Assembly: GCF_009914755.1 (NCBI RefSeq)
Contig: NC_060938.1
Direction: 5' to 3' (one strand)
Origin: the human T2T-CHM13v2.0 reference genome, Homo sapiens
DNA: 64,000 bases
Every line of letters starts with the position of its first letter. Position 1 is the first letter of the stretch. This document shows positions 42,781 through 57,900 of this stretch, piece after piece. The notes below the pieces were generated by a model. It was not told the DNA's origin, ran no database searches, and saw only the letters and a list, made by a program, of their open reading frames with translations. The position numbers and the translations under genes were made by a program.

Positions 42781-43559
42781 CCAAGGTCCCCACCCCCCAC
42801 CCCCAGGCCACGTGTAGCATGTTTGAGTGAGAGAAGTTGCCAGCACCCTTCAGCCCAAGTTGACCCACAGGGGCCAGTGGTTTTTGTGTGGGAAGGCGCC
42901 ACCTGAGGCACAGACCATCACATTCAGGGAGAGTTATAAGAAAACCCCTTTCCTAGCCCCAAAGCCCCTGGCACTCTGCCACGAATACCTTTTCCTTCTC
43001 ACTGAAAGACAAACAGGATGGCCTTCTGAGCTGTTGCATGTCTGTGAGTCACTTGAGTATCTGCATGCACTTCTCCAAAAATGCAGCAAGCAGAACATGT
43101 AATGCTACATCAACTCCTGTGAGAAATGCGTCCAAAGATGGTGTCGGTTTGTTGTTGGACGTTGCCATAGGGAACAGAGATCTGCCTTTGAAGTACAGCG
43201 AGGAGAGAGCTCTCCTTCCTGCCCATCACTGCTGCCCTGTGGCTCTAACTGCAGGGGCGAGAACACCCGCCACCAACCCCCAAAGCAGTTGCCCTGCTTG
43301 GGGCAAACTTCTTTGTCCTGTCCCCCTTCAATTCCCCACAGCAGAGGATCTTCAGAACTGCTCAATTGGAGAAGAAAAAGGAGGAGGAGGGGAGGGAGAG
43401 AAAGGGAGGGAATAGGTCTCACCAGCAGAGGGCTCAGCCTGGTTGTGCCTGACTTCATTCTCAATGTTGCTTTCTAATGCTAGGCTGGAGCATGAAAAGA
43501 GCCGCAGAAAACCCTCTCATGGGTCTTTGGACCTTCTGCCTTGCTTCTTCTTTTCTTTT

Positions 43560-44032
43560 CTTTAATTATTTATTTATTTTTATTTTTTTGAGACAGGGTC
43601 TCGCTCTGTTGCCCAGACTGGAGTCCAGTGGTGCCATCATGGCTCACAGCAGCTTCAACCTCATGGACTCAAGCGATCCTCCCGCCTCAGCCTCCCAAAG
43701 TGCTGGGACCACAGGCATAAGCCACCATCCTACTTTTTTTTTTTTTTTCCAGACAGAGTCTCACTCTGTCGCCCAGATAGGAGTACAATGGCACAATCTC
43801 AGCTCACTGTAACCTCCGCCTCCTGGGTTCAAGTGATTCTCTTGCCTCAACCTCCTGGGTAGCTGGGATTACAGGCACACTCCACCACGCCCGGCTGATT
43901 TTTGTGTTTTTAGTAGAGACGTGGTTTCACCATGTTGGCCAGGCTGGTCTCGAACTCCTGACCTCAGGTGACTTGCCTGCCCGCGGCCTCCCAAAGTGCT
44001 GCAATTACAGGTGTGAGCCACCATGCCCGGTC
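43560..44032 (-). mobile_element. Alu monomer plus AluS
   Basis: Alu consensus. Confidence 0.88.
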
Positions 44033-45603
44033 CATGTCCTGCTTCTTTTAAAACAACCAAAAATAGTCCAGCCTAGGAAAGGGAGTCTTTCCTGATTTTG
44101 GCAAAGTTAAACCAGGCCATAGGTAACACACAGCATAAGGCAGGCGTTGGGAGTGGGCCCCAGTCGACAGGGTGCCAGGACTGTGGGCTAAGCAGGGCTG
44201 GGGACATGGGAGGCCTCAGTGCCTGGGCTATGGGAAGTGGTTGGGACCCTGAGCCTGAGGTCAGTAACATCCCAACTCCTGACAGGCAAGAAAGGGCACC
44301 TGAGGCTCCCAAGGGGAGTCCACCATGGGGGTGGGGGAGACCGCTGGAGTCCATAGGTCCCTGTGAGGGACGGCGAAGGCGGGCCTGTCACCTCTAAAAG
44401 AGCTGTGCCTGTGGCGCAGACGGGGGTGCCACTGTGGCCTGGTGAGTGTGGCTGTAGAACAAGCATCTGTTGGGCTAATGGAGCCAGAGACATGGTCCAA
44501 TGTCTCTGATGTCCAGATAGACTTCCAGCAGCCAGGTCGGACTATCTGGGGTTCTGGAACGTTCCATGGGTGAAGCTGTAGGAGGAGATGCTGGACTTCC
44601 TGCCTCCACTCACATGAGTCACTGGAGCAATACAAGAAGGCAGACTGGCCTTGGCTACTCACACTGGTCTCAGCTCTGGGGTAGGGCTCTTTATAAGCCT
44701 TCTTGAGAAGTGAAAAATGCAAAGTCCTTTCTGTCCCCTCACCACTGACTTGCAAACTCCAGCGAAGGCCTCACCCCTCAGCTGGCCCAGAGCCTCCCAG
44801 AAGCCCTCCCTTCGCTTCCCACCTCGCCAGGCCCAGCCAGGCTGGGTGCTGCCTTGGTGGGCCTAGGTGAATCACTGACACACCACTGATGCCTTTGGGG
44901 CAGAAGGCAGAGGCCTCGGGAGAAATGCGCAGGCCCCAGCGGCCTGGTGGAGGGTGCAGGGGGCGCAGGGGCAGCCAGGACCGCCGAGGACGCTGGGGGC
45001 ACGTGGCAAACTGGCTACCCTGTCCACCCGTGAGCAAGACACCACTCCGGGGGCGTGGGAGGGTCCAAGGGAGGGAGAAAGGAAAGTGCCACCAAACTAA
45101 TGTGGAGCCCTGCCCTCTGCATGCGAAAAGGGGCTCCACGGCCTGAGTCACCCTCAGCCCCACCTGCGTGTGCGCGAGGGTGCGTGGCCTGGTACGCGTG
45201 CGCACGGTGTTGGTGAGCGTGTGTGTGCGTGTCCGCTTGAGGGGAATGTGACCGTCGTGTATGCGTCCGCGACAGTGCGGGGGGCCGCATATCGGACCCG
45301 TGCGTGTGCGTAGGGGTCGCGTGTGGCCATGGGCACACGGGCGTGCACGCACGGGGGCTGCGTATGCTATGCTGGCGTGGGGGGTGCGGGCGAGGTGGCC
45401 GCGGGGAGGAGCGGCGCCAGCACCTCTCGGCCCCCACGCGGCCTGCGTGGCTTTTTGACCCGGAAAGGCGGGGACGCGGGGACGCGCGGCGGCGGGGGCG
45501 CGGCGGGGGCGGCGCAGAGCGAGGAGGCCCGCGGGGCGCGCGGCGGGGACGGGAGGGAGGCGGGGGGCGCCCGGGGCCGTCCCCGCCCCGCGCCGCGGCG
45601 CCG

Positions 45604-45656
45604 CCGTTGCTAAGGCCGGGCGGGCGGCCGCCGGGCGCTAGGGCCCTTAGCAACGG
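45604..45656. promoter_or_regulatory. Inverted pair of RFX (X-box)-like motifs
   Basis: CCGTTGCTAAGG (45604-45615) and its exact reverse complement CCTTAGCAACGG (45645-45656). TAGCAAC is the RFX half-site. Confidence 0.5.
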
Positions 45657-45763
45657 GTCGCGGGCGCGCGCGGGGGGCCGGCGGGCGCGTGGGGCCGGCG
45701 GCGCTCGCGGGCTCCTGCCGCTCCCACGCGCGCGGGCGGCGGGGGCGGGGCGGCGGGCGCGCC

Positions 45764-45773
45764 GGGGATTTCC
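45764..45773 (+). promoter_or_regulatory. NF-kB site GGGGATTTCC
   Basis: Exact match to GGGRNWYYCC, about 60 bp upstream of exon 1. Confidence 0.7.
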
Positions 45774-45782
45774 AGCGCGCGA

Positions 45783-45791
45783 GAGGAAGTG
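45783..45791 (+). promoter_or_regulatory. ETS/PU.1-type site GAGGAAGTG
   Basis: Consensus ETS core lying between the two kB sites. Confidence 0.55.
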
Positions 45792-45876
45792 CCTGCGCGG
45801 GGCTGCGTGAGGGAGCGAGGGAGCGAGGGAGCGCGGCGCGGCCGCCGCGTGCGCGAGCCGGGGTTGCAGCCCAGCC

Positions 45877-45886
45877 GGGACTTTCC
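45877..45886 (+). promoter_or_regulatory. NF-kB site GGGACTTTCC (Ig-kappa/HIV-type)
   Basis: Exact canonical kB decamer inside exon 1. Confidence 0.7.
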
Positions 45887-45933
45887 AGCCGGCGGCAGCC
45901 GCGGCGGCCGCCGGCTCTTCCCCGCCCCCCGCC

Positions 45934-45996
45934 ATGGGGCAGCCCGGGGAGCAGAACGCTGCGGACCGCGGCGGAGGACGCGCCCGGCGCCCCTGA
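45934..45996 (+). CDS. Candidate uORF in TRAF3 5' UTR, 20 aa MGQPGEQNAADRGGGRARRP
   Basis: Strong Kozak context CCGCCATGG. In-frame TGA at 45994-45996, wholly within exon 1. Translation is not demonstrated. Confidence 0.45.
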   Translation: MGQPGEQNAADRGGGRARRP

Positions 45997-48900
45997 GCCG
46001 GCCGAGCGGCGACGGACCGCGAGGTAAGGGGCCGCGGCGGGCGGGCGGGCCTCCGGCGCGCGGCCGGGCGCCTCCATCCCCGTCGCCTCCATCCCGCGCC
46101 CTGGGCGGCGGGGCCCGGGGGCCTCGGGGCTGCCCGGCGCGGGCCCGGCGCGGCGCAGGCCCGGCCCGTCCCAGCGGCGACGGCGGGGCGCGGCTTCAGC
46201 CTGGCCCCGCGCCCCAGCCGGGCTGCCTCCCGCCTCCGGACGCCTCAACTTCGGCAAACTTTGTCCCGGAGGCCGGGCTCGGGGCCCGAGGGGGCCGGGG
46301 CGCCCGCACCTTTTCAGGAAACGGGGCGCGCAGGCCTCGCTACGGCCGTGACCCCCGCTGGCGTTGAGGACCCGGCACCCCGCGGGGCCGCGGGTTTCAC
46401 GCGGGGGGACGGGCGGCTCAGGGGCTGCGTGGCCGAGCGCGCTGCCCGGGCCGGCCGGGGGGGCCCGGGCGTTATTGGAAAGTTGGTCCTGAGTCATTCC
46501 GCCTCAGAGGCGCCTCCGACCGCTTGGCGGGCGGCGCGGGGGTCCGGGTATGGGCAGAGGGCGCGAATCCCCCTCGCGCGGCCGCCGAGGGCCGGCGACT
46601 CCCGGGGCACCGGGCGGCTCCTGGCCGCGGGCTCTGCGTCTTCCCCGCGGGCGCCAGGCGGCTCTCGGCGGGCTGGCCGGTTCCACGCCGCCAGCCAGCC
46701 CCGTGTGGGGACTTCGGTCTAGTATTTGGACCCGAGGAGATAATTCTGTGTGGAAAATTCTCTCCCTTCGGTTGGAAACAGTAACAAACTGGAAACGGAT
46801 GAGGTGTTATGGACGTGCTTGGAAATGCAAGAAACCTTCAGATTACGAGCTGTTGACGGGACCAGTTGTATTTCACGTTTTTCGAATTAAGCTCAGAATC
46901 AGTTTTCAGAATGACATGTGATGCGTGGTGCGTGGTGTGTGTGCCTGTGTGTGTGTATGGATATAATTCATTCATTTTTGTGGCGTCAGAAAGGTTATGT
47001 CGAGCGTTGTAGCGGCTTCTTAATTTACATTCACGGCATACAACTGAAGAGGAGCCATTATTTATTTTTTTTCCTAGCATTTGCTGCGACTACACACTGC
47101 CGGAGCGTTTGGAAATGTTGTTTGCTGTTACCCTGTATTTGTCTATAAAATTCTTACTGTAGGGAATGGCCAAGTGGACCATCAGTTCGTCCTGAGATCT
47201 TCTCATGTCTCTCACGTCTTTGAAAATGGCCTGTGAACAGACTGCATCATATGTAGGATGTCTGGCAAAATAGTGTACAGCGTTCTTTTCTCAAATGAGA
47301 GGAAATGTGTACCTTTTCGCCGCGTTGTGACAATGTAAATGTTAAGAATTAGTCTAAAGATGAAAATTCTTTGGCCAAAACAAGATAAGCCTTATCGATA
47401 TGAAAACTGGAAAACATCACATGGGACTGGAAATCCTGTGAGTGGGTGCTCATGACGGAAACCCTGACAGACCTTGGATTCCAGCATCGCTGGTGAAAAT
47501 CAGACCTTATCATGGATAAGGGTTAAGATGTAAGGTGTCTCACCCAGACGCCATCTGTTCCAGCTGTCAATGCAGAAGCCAGGAAAGGAGAGAGAGCTGG
47601 CCAGGGAGAATTCCAGCTTTTTTTTTTTTTTGAGACATTCATGTGAATTTCTCTGCGAGGGGAAAGAAGACCAATTATTTTCCTTGGATGCTGTCCCTTC
47701 TTTTGGAATTAATAAGATGGCTTCACTCAGTGAGAGGCTGTAAAGACATTTCACTGGAAACAGGCAGTAACAGTGGCCAGTTGTTTCTGTTAATACCATC
47801 AAAATATCCCTACTCTTGTTTGTGCCTTGAAGAAAGTCCTTCATTTAACTGAGACATCTGAGCCTGCGTTGCGGATTCTGATTCTCTAAATACTCCTGCA
47901 AGAATCCCTTTAATTTTTCACTGTGCAACTCAAGAAGGACCTTTCTAGGGTATTGTCAGGATACGTATGCTAATGATATTGTCAGGTTAGGTGAGAATGA
48001 TTGATCACTCCCTTAAAATCCTTTTTTATGATGTTAAAGCTGTACTTTAAGAAAGATAAAACTGCCACTGTGGCGTTGCAAGTCTGAGCTAGCTCAAGCA
48101 AACAAAGGAAATTGCGTTAAATTTGCCCAACTCTATTTTCTCATCTTCATATAGCAAGACTCTCCAAACAGCAAGTGATCTAACCTATCAAGTATTATGC
48201 AATAGCTGAATTTCCTTGCAATGGTCAGTTTAAAGAACTGTTAACTTAGCAGAGGCGACGTCTCGTGGCCAAGGCCCTTAGGGTCCACTCCATGGAATCA
48301 GGACCCCTTGCTGCTGCTTTGCGAGTGTTCATGGAGGAAGAAAAATCACTTGGTGTTCTTTTTTTGCATGGAAGAGTCATAATAACTGACTTCAGATACA
48401 GAGAAAGTGGGAAGAGTGAGAAAGAAGGAGGTGAGGCCAGAGGATTTGGAAGGCTACCAGAGAGAGGCAGCCGAGGCCTGATTGTGGAAATGATGCTTAG
48501 ACTTGCTTTCAGCAGGAGTGATGAAGCCAGAATGAGGGAGGCCCAGACGCCCGGGAGAGGTACAGGGGATAGGTGCCATGTGGTTTGCACCACCGCAGCA
48601 GGCTTTGGGTCCCAAAGACGCGAATGGAAATAGAAGAAAATGCAGTTTTAAATAGAAAAGAAAAAAAAAACCGAGAAAATGTTATGTGTGCTTGTGTAAA
48701 ATTTATTATTCATAATTAAAATACAAAATGGCTTTCTCATTTGAGAAAGCCTTTATTGACTAAGTTCTGCACAACACTATTCCAGGAAAGGGGGTGGGGA
48801 GACAGACCACCCTAGGGAGAAGGCAGAGTTTTTTACTATTAAGCATAATACCTTTTTTTTTTTTCTTTCGGTGAAGCTTATTGTCGGCCTGTACAGATGA

Positions 48901-49849
48901 CTTGGAGTAGGCTGGCAGGTAGTGGGATGTCATAAATGTTGATGCCTGTTGGTTTCTATCAACTTTAGGAATCAGGTTGGAATCGATGCTGCATTCTGTA
49001 TTCCTCGAGATAAGTGGATTGTTAATTGGGACTTGGGAGTCTTTTTCTCATTTAATTAATATTCAGTTAATGTGCCCTGAGTTCTCATAATGTTCTGGTT
49101 ACCGTGCTGGGAAGAGTGAGACACAGCACCCATCTGCTAGGGTGTGATTTGCAGGGATATAGGCCATCTTGGCCCCTGTGCACAGTGAAGGGACATGCCA
49201 GAAACCAGCAGATACTTGACTGAGACAGACCAGGACAGGAGCTTGTGGCAGGAAGGATAAGGAAAAATGCAAATCTACCATCCTGCCCTCAGGGTGCTAA
49301 CCCTTCGGGGGAGAATACTTTCTCCCACCAGGAAGAAACCAGAAAGTAAAAATGTAGGATGAAATGAATTAGTGGATTGTGTAGAATTCTGGAAGCGTGG
49401 TGGGAATCCACCATAAGGGAAAGAGAAAGTCTTCTGGGAAGCGGCGTTGAGTTGAGGCCCAGTGTCAGGAAAGCTCTGGTATAGTGGGGCCATCTGGTCC
49501 CTCTTACAGGCCCCCTCCCACTTTGTTTTGGTAAGATGGGATCTGACGGCTTGCCATCCTGTCACTCCTTGCCAGTAGATGCAGTGCTGGCCATGCTGCT
49601 GGTCATTGGGTTTCCAGTTGGGAAGTTGCATGTGCTGGCCTTTGGCTCTTGCCAGGCAGGGCCTTTTGTGACTGGGAGCTCATGTGGGTCATGCATACTG
49701 TACTGTGAAGGGCATGGTCTGTGGAGGGGAACAGAGCAGCAGGCCCTAACCTGGGTGGCACCACTTTGCTGTCCCTACCATTTTTCATTGCAGGTTGAAA
49801 GTCTCCAAAGTGGCAGGGGAAGGGGTGTAAATGTTAAAAAGCCCCTTCC

Positions 49850-50885
<1,036 letters not shown>

Positions 50886-52089
50886 AGTCCTTTCCCCAAC
50901 CTACTCCTCTGTCATCCATGTTTAAATGACCTAAGTCTCCTTAATTCTCAAGAACTGAAAAATTGGGGGCCCTACATTTCATTTCACAATTTACTTTTTT
51001 ACTACGATTTGTTCCATGCTGATTTCGAGCATTAAAAAAAAAAAAAATTAAATGGAGGCTATTTGGTGGTAACTTCTCATGAGGCCATTCTACCAAGAAA
51101 GATATGGCGACCTGCTGCTTCGACATTCTGATTTCCTTTCCAGCTGAAACACTGATTCTGTGGCAGAACCCAAAAGCGTATTTATTGGAAACTTGATTTC
51201 TTTAAGTGGAAAGAAAAGCTAAATTGATTAACCAAGTGGGGTAATATAATCTGTAAGGCAACAGTAGCATCAAAGTGGTGAAATGTGAATCTCCAGGAGT
51301 CATGAGAATTGTAATGAAGGTTTCCTGAGATTAATTTTGTGTTCTGGAAGGTTAATGCCCGTTAGGAGGCCTGCGTACACAAGGTAATGAGGTGCTCGTT
51401 AGGCCTTCCCTCCTTCCACCAAGGGCCAGGCACATGGTAAGCTCTGGGTCAGTGTTTGTGTCCAGATTCTGCAAGCCGGGGAGACAGGAGGGATGTGCCA
51501 GATGCCCACAGTGGTTCCATGTGTTTGGAATGTGTGTCGGCACTTGGGTGTGCCTTGTAGCTGCCTCCTTTAACGGTGTGTTCCTGGAGGTCAGGCTTCC
51601 ATCCTCCCGTTCTGATAATGCTTAGCTCCAGGATTTGTTGCATTATGGGGGTTCTTTGATGGAAAGTTTCATTTGACAATGTAATTTTCTTGGATGCTTT
51701 TAATGACTTAAAAGCTGGAAGAACAGGAAAACTAGTTCTCTTGAGCTCTTTCATGTCCAGTAATTCCCAGAAATTATAACTTTATGCTGGAAATTAAACC
51801 TGCTATTTGAAACCTTATTACAGGGTGAATTAAGAGTTTAGGTTTCAGAGGCTTTTCTGTGTGACTTTCCCCTTAGTGGGAGGGGGTTTGGTATGCCCAT
51901 TAAGTTTTATCTTAAAATTTAATGTGAATTTTACATTGTACTCAGTAACGTGGCTGATTGTTTTAATATAAACTTACTTCGTTCCCTAAATCTTTCAAAA
52001 CTGTTGATTCTCCAAAAGATGTATTGTGTTTCTGGAATCCCACTGTGTATCCCTGGAGCTGTCCACCCCACAGCTGGAGAAGTGTGGCA

Positions 52090-52290
52090 TGGTGGAGGGT
52101 ACCAACTTTGAGGATCTGAATTCCAGTCTGCCCTCTGTATTTAGTGGTAGAATGACCTTGGGCAGGCTGCTTGGCCCCGCTGAATTGATGTCCCTATCTA
52201 TAAAATGGGGCTACTAGCACCAGGGACATCACTTGCTTATTATGAGTAAGATGGATGGGAAAGCATTGTGCAAATGTTAATTTTCATAGT
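52090..52290. mobile_element. MIR
   Basis: ATGACCTTGGGCAGGCTGCTT...CTATCTATAAAATGGGG. Confidence 0.7.
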
Positions 52291-52490
52291 ATTAGGGGAT
52301 TGAGATGTAACAGAGTAAGAATGTTAAGATCTTACAATGTAAATATCAGATCTTGTTAGTTAGGGACCACAGAAGTTTTCTAGTTGAGGTCTCTTATTTT
52401 ATGTGGGAGGCAGCTGAGGCTCTCAGTGTTTAGGTAAGTAATTCTCCCAAGGCAAATAATGACAAAGCAAGGGCTCTTCACGCAGGATAG

Positions 52491-52833
<343 letters not shown>

Positions 52834-52889
52834 CCTCTGATGCTTGGCTTCTGATTCCAGCTAGGGTCAATTGAGAATTATTGAATCAC

Positions 52890-53200
52890 CCACACTTTCT
52901 TTGAGAACTTTCTAAGTGCTAGGGGCTATGCTCGTTGCTAAAGCTAAAAAGTCAGATAGGATGCCGTCTGATCTCTGTTTTCAAGGAGCTTCCATGTGAT
53001 GAATGAGCCAGAAGAATAATTTCATTATGGCACCATGTAGTAGGTGCCACAACAGTGGAACAGAGGCTCTGGTGCATTGTGGAGGCGCTGTGCAGTTTCA
53101 ACCTGGGTTAGGAGGAGGCGTTTCCCAAGGAGGTAACTCTTAGGGAAGCTAGCAGCAGGAGTGGGGAAGCCTGGGCTGGCAGGGAGTCGCCTGGCAGAGG
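52890..53200 (-). mobile_element. L2 fragment
   Basis: TCAAGGAGCTT...GGTTAGGAGGAGGCGTTTCCCAAGGAGGTAAC, L2-like. Confidence 0.55.
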
Positions 53201-54404
53201 GCCCGTGAGTCGGAAGGGGTTCTCCTGTGGCTGTCCTTCAGGGGAGAGGGTACAGGAAAAGGCACCCGGCCACTTCTGGGTGCTGCCTTTGTGACAGCCT
53301 AACTTCTGAGGCAGGAATTCTCCCCATTTTGCAGATGAGGAAAAGGAAGAGCAACAGGCCTGTTGGACCCCAGAGTTCATGGTTTCACCACAGCTGAATT
53401 ACAGTGCAGTTTTAGATTTTCTTCAGATTCGAAACTTCTTAGTTTTGCTTTCAGAGTAGACTTAGTTTTGCTGCTGTAGAGTGCTTTTTAAACAAATTGT
53501 GTATTTTTCATGCAGCCTTTCCCTTCCATCCAACATCTGTTTTGCCTATATGGCTGATACTCTAGGCCGCACTCCGTTCCATCTCTGGCGTAAGTTCCTT
53601 TCTTACAGCAGCCTCCTCGGATTCACTCTCCTTTGACACATTTGGATGGGAGGTTCTTTACGCAGTGGCTCAGATGCTTCTTACAGCTTGCTGAGTAACA
53701 GTCCCTAACCTGATTTGCTAATGTGTTTTCTTTCTCCTTTCTCTCTTAATTTACATTTAAACTGGTAGTCTAGTAATAATGATAGTATTTAGTCATTGTG
53801 TCTTACAGGGTTTTACAAACATTAGCTTGTTAGTGATGAACAAGTCCCCAAGGCCTGGTCACTCTGCAGAGAGCATAATGGTTGCAGGCTAGTACCTATT
53901 CATCTTGAATTTAATTATAACTGCAGATTGCCTGTGGAAATATGAGTTAAAGGCATGGAAGCCCTTACCACTGTTAGCAGGGAAATGATGTTTGGCTATT
54001 TTGGAGAATACTTTAGCTCTTCTGTGAGAACCACTGTCAAGGTTTTGAACGTGCAACCAGGAGGGGTCAGTGGTGGCTGAGCAGAGATGTAGGGGCTTGT
54101 TTCATGGCCATTTGTACCTGCTCCAGGAAGGGCTGTGAATAACGGAATGCAGCCAGACACTGAGGCCACTAGGTCAGGTCCTTGGGATGACAGAGGGTAG
54201 ATTTCTTTGTTCTTAGACCTAAGTTGGCCCTTGTTGGGTGAAGGTGGTGGCGTGAGAGCCTTCCCTGCCTTCTCCAGGTTGAAGGATATTTCTGTGCATC
54301 TGGGATAGGTCTCTAGGGTTGAGACGACAAGCTTCTCAAGGGTTGGCTCACTTCATTCTTTCTATTTCTGCAGTCTGGTCTATGATGTACACAGTAAAAA
54401 GGAG

Positions 54405-54695
54405 ATCAGTTTATGTATGGAAGGAATTAGACCTGCTTTGAATTCTGGTCTGTCCTTCAGCTAACTATGCTGTTAAATTACTCTTCCTTTCTAAGCCTCA
54501 GTTTTCTCATCTATGCAAAGGTAACTGTAGAGTTCACAGTCACGTGGAAAAGCCTCTGAAACCTAAATTCTCCCTCTGGAGATGGATGGTGGTGATGGTC
54601 GCACAACATTATGAATGTATTTAATACCACTGGACTATACACTTAAAATGATTACAATGATAAATTTTATGTGTAATTTACCATAATAAAAAAGT
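54405..54695. mobile_element. MIR (54405-54530) and L1M 3' end (+, 54565-54695)
   Basis: AAGCCTCAGTTTTCTCATCT; GGAGATGGATGGTGGTGATGGTCGCACAACATTATGAATG...TTACCATAATAAAAAA. Confidence 0.75.
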
Positions 54696-54721
54696 AATTG
54701 TGAGACTTAAAAGTGAGCCTG

Positions 54722-56469
<1,748 letters not shown>

Positions 56470-57006
56470 TGCAGAGAATGTATTTCTATTACCTTAACCT
56501 GTGTACTAGGAGTGTGCCTGGCATATGGTAGGTTCTCAAGTATTTGCATAAATGAACCAGTATATTATAGCCCAATGTTTTATTGAGGCAAAATTCACAT
56601 AACATACAATTAAGCATTTTAAGTGTGCAGCTCAGCCGTATTTAGTGTATTCACAATGTTCTGCAACCACCAGCTCTCTCTAGTTTAAAAATCAGGCCAG
56701 GCATGGTAGCCCGCACCTGTAATTTCAGCATTTTGGGAGGCTGGGGTGGGAGGATCACTTGAGTCCAGTAGTTTGAGACCAGCCTGGGCAACAGAGGAAG
56801 ACTCCATCTCAACAAAAATAAAGAATTAGCTTGGTTGGGTGTGGTGTCTCACGCCTGTAATCCCAGCACTTTGGGAGGCTGAGGCGGGCGGATCATGAGG
56901 TCAAGAGATCAAGACCATCCTGGCCAACATGGTGAAACCCCGTCTCTACTAAAAATAGAAAAATTAGCTGGGCGTGGTGGCGCATGCCTCTAGTCCCAGC
57001 TACTCA

Positions 57007-57280
<274 letters not shown>

Positions 57281-57801
57281 TTAAAAAAGAAAAACAACTT
57301 TTCATCCCCCTTTACCCATTAAGTAATCACTCCCATTCCCCAATCCTCCCATCCCTTGATAACCTCTAATCTGCTTTTGGTCTCTGTGGATTTGCCTATT
57401 TTAGATATAGCATCTAGGAATCATATAACTTGTCTTTTGTATCTGGCTGCTTTCACTTAGCATGATGTTTTTGAGGTACATCCAAATTGTAGCATGTGCC
57501 AGTATTTGTTCCTTTTTATTGCTGAATCATAATCCATTGTATGTACATACATGCCACAATCTGTCTATTCATTTGTTCATGGGCATTTGGATTATTTTCA
57601 CTGACTATTAAGAATAATGCTGCTATAAACATTTGTGTACAAGTTTCTGTGTAGGTATGTTTTTATTTCACTTGGGTATATACCTAGGAGTGGAATTGCT
57701 GGTCATACGGTAATATCGTGTTTAACTTATTCCCACCAGCAGTGTTCCAATTTCAGGACATCTTTGCTAAATTTATTTTGTTTTGTTTTGTTTCTTTTTC
57801 A

Positions 57802-57900
57802 TGTCATATGGGTAATGTGCCGACGTCATAACAAGGTTTCAGAGTGGCACCTCTCACACCTTCATTTGAATACCCAATCACACTTATGAACTACAAAAGG

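Larger units (their letters stand above)
45827..46023 (+). other. TRAF3: TRAF3 exon 1 (non-coding 5' UTR exon); exact TSS may lie slightly upstream
   Basis: GGGAGCGCGGCGCGGCCGCC...GGCGACGGACCGCGAG matches my recollection of the TRAF3 mRNA 5' end. It lies in a CpG island and ends at a strong donor GAG|GTAAGG (46021-46029). Identity is from memory, not from a search. Confidence 0.88.
44930..46740. promoter_or_regulatory. CpG island / TRAF3 promoter
   Basis: Very high GC and unsuppressed CpG density, with multiple GC boxes (e.g. GGGGCGGGG 45742-45750) and no TATA box near exon 1. Confidence 0.95.

Noticed and set aside
44380-45800. Divergent antisense lncRNA from the CpG island
   Set aside because: Plausible for any CpG-island promoter, but only weak donor-like motifs are visible and there is no sequence evidence to define it.
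45015-46722. Long ORFs over the CpG island (306 aa, 295 aa, 192 aa, etc.)
   Set aside because: Ala/Arg/Pro/Gly-rich products on both strands, expected from stop-codon scarcity in very GC-rich DNA. No recognisable domain.
47617-47637. T14-GAGAC as an ultra-truncated Alu
   Set aside because: Too short and no convincing TSD.
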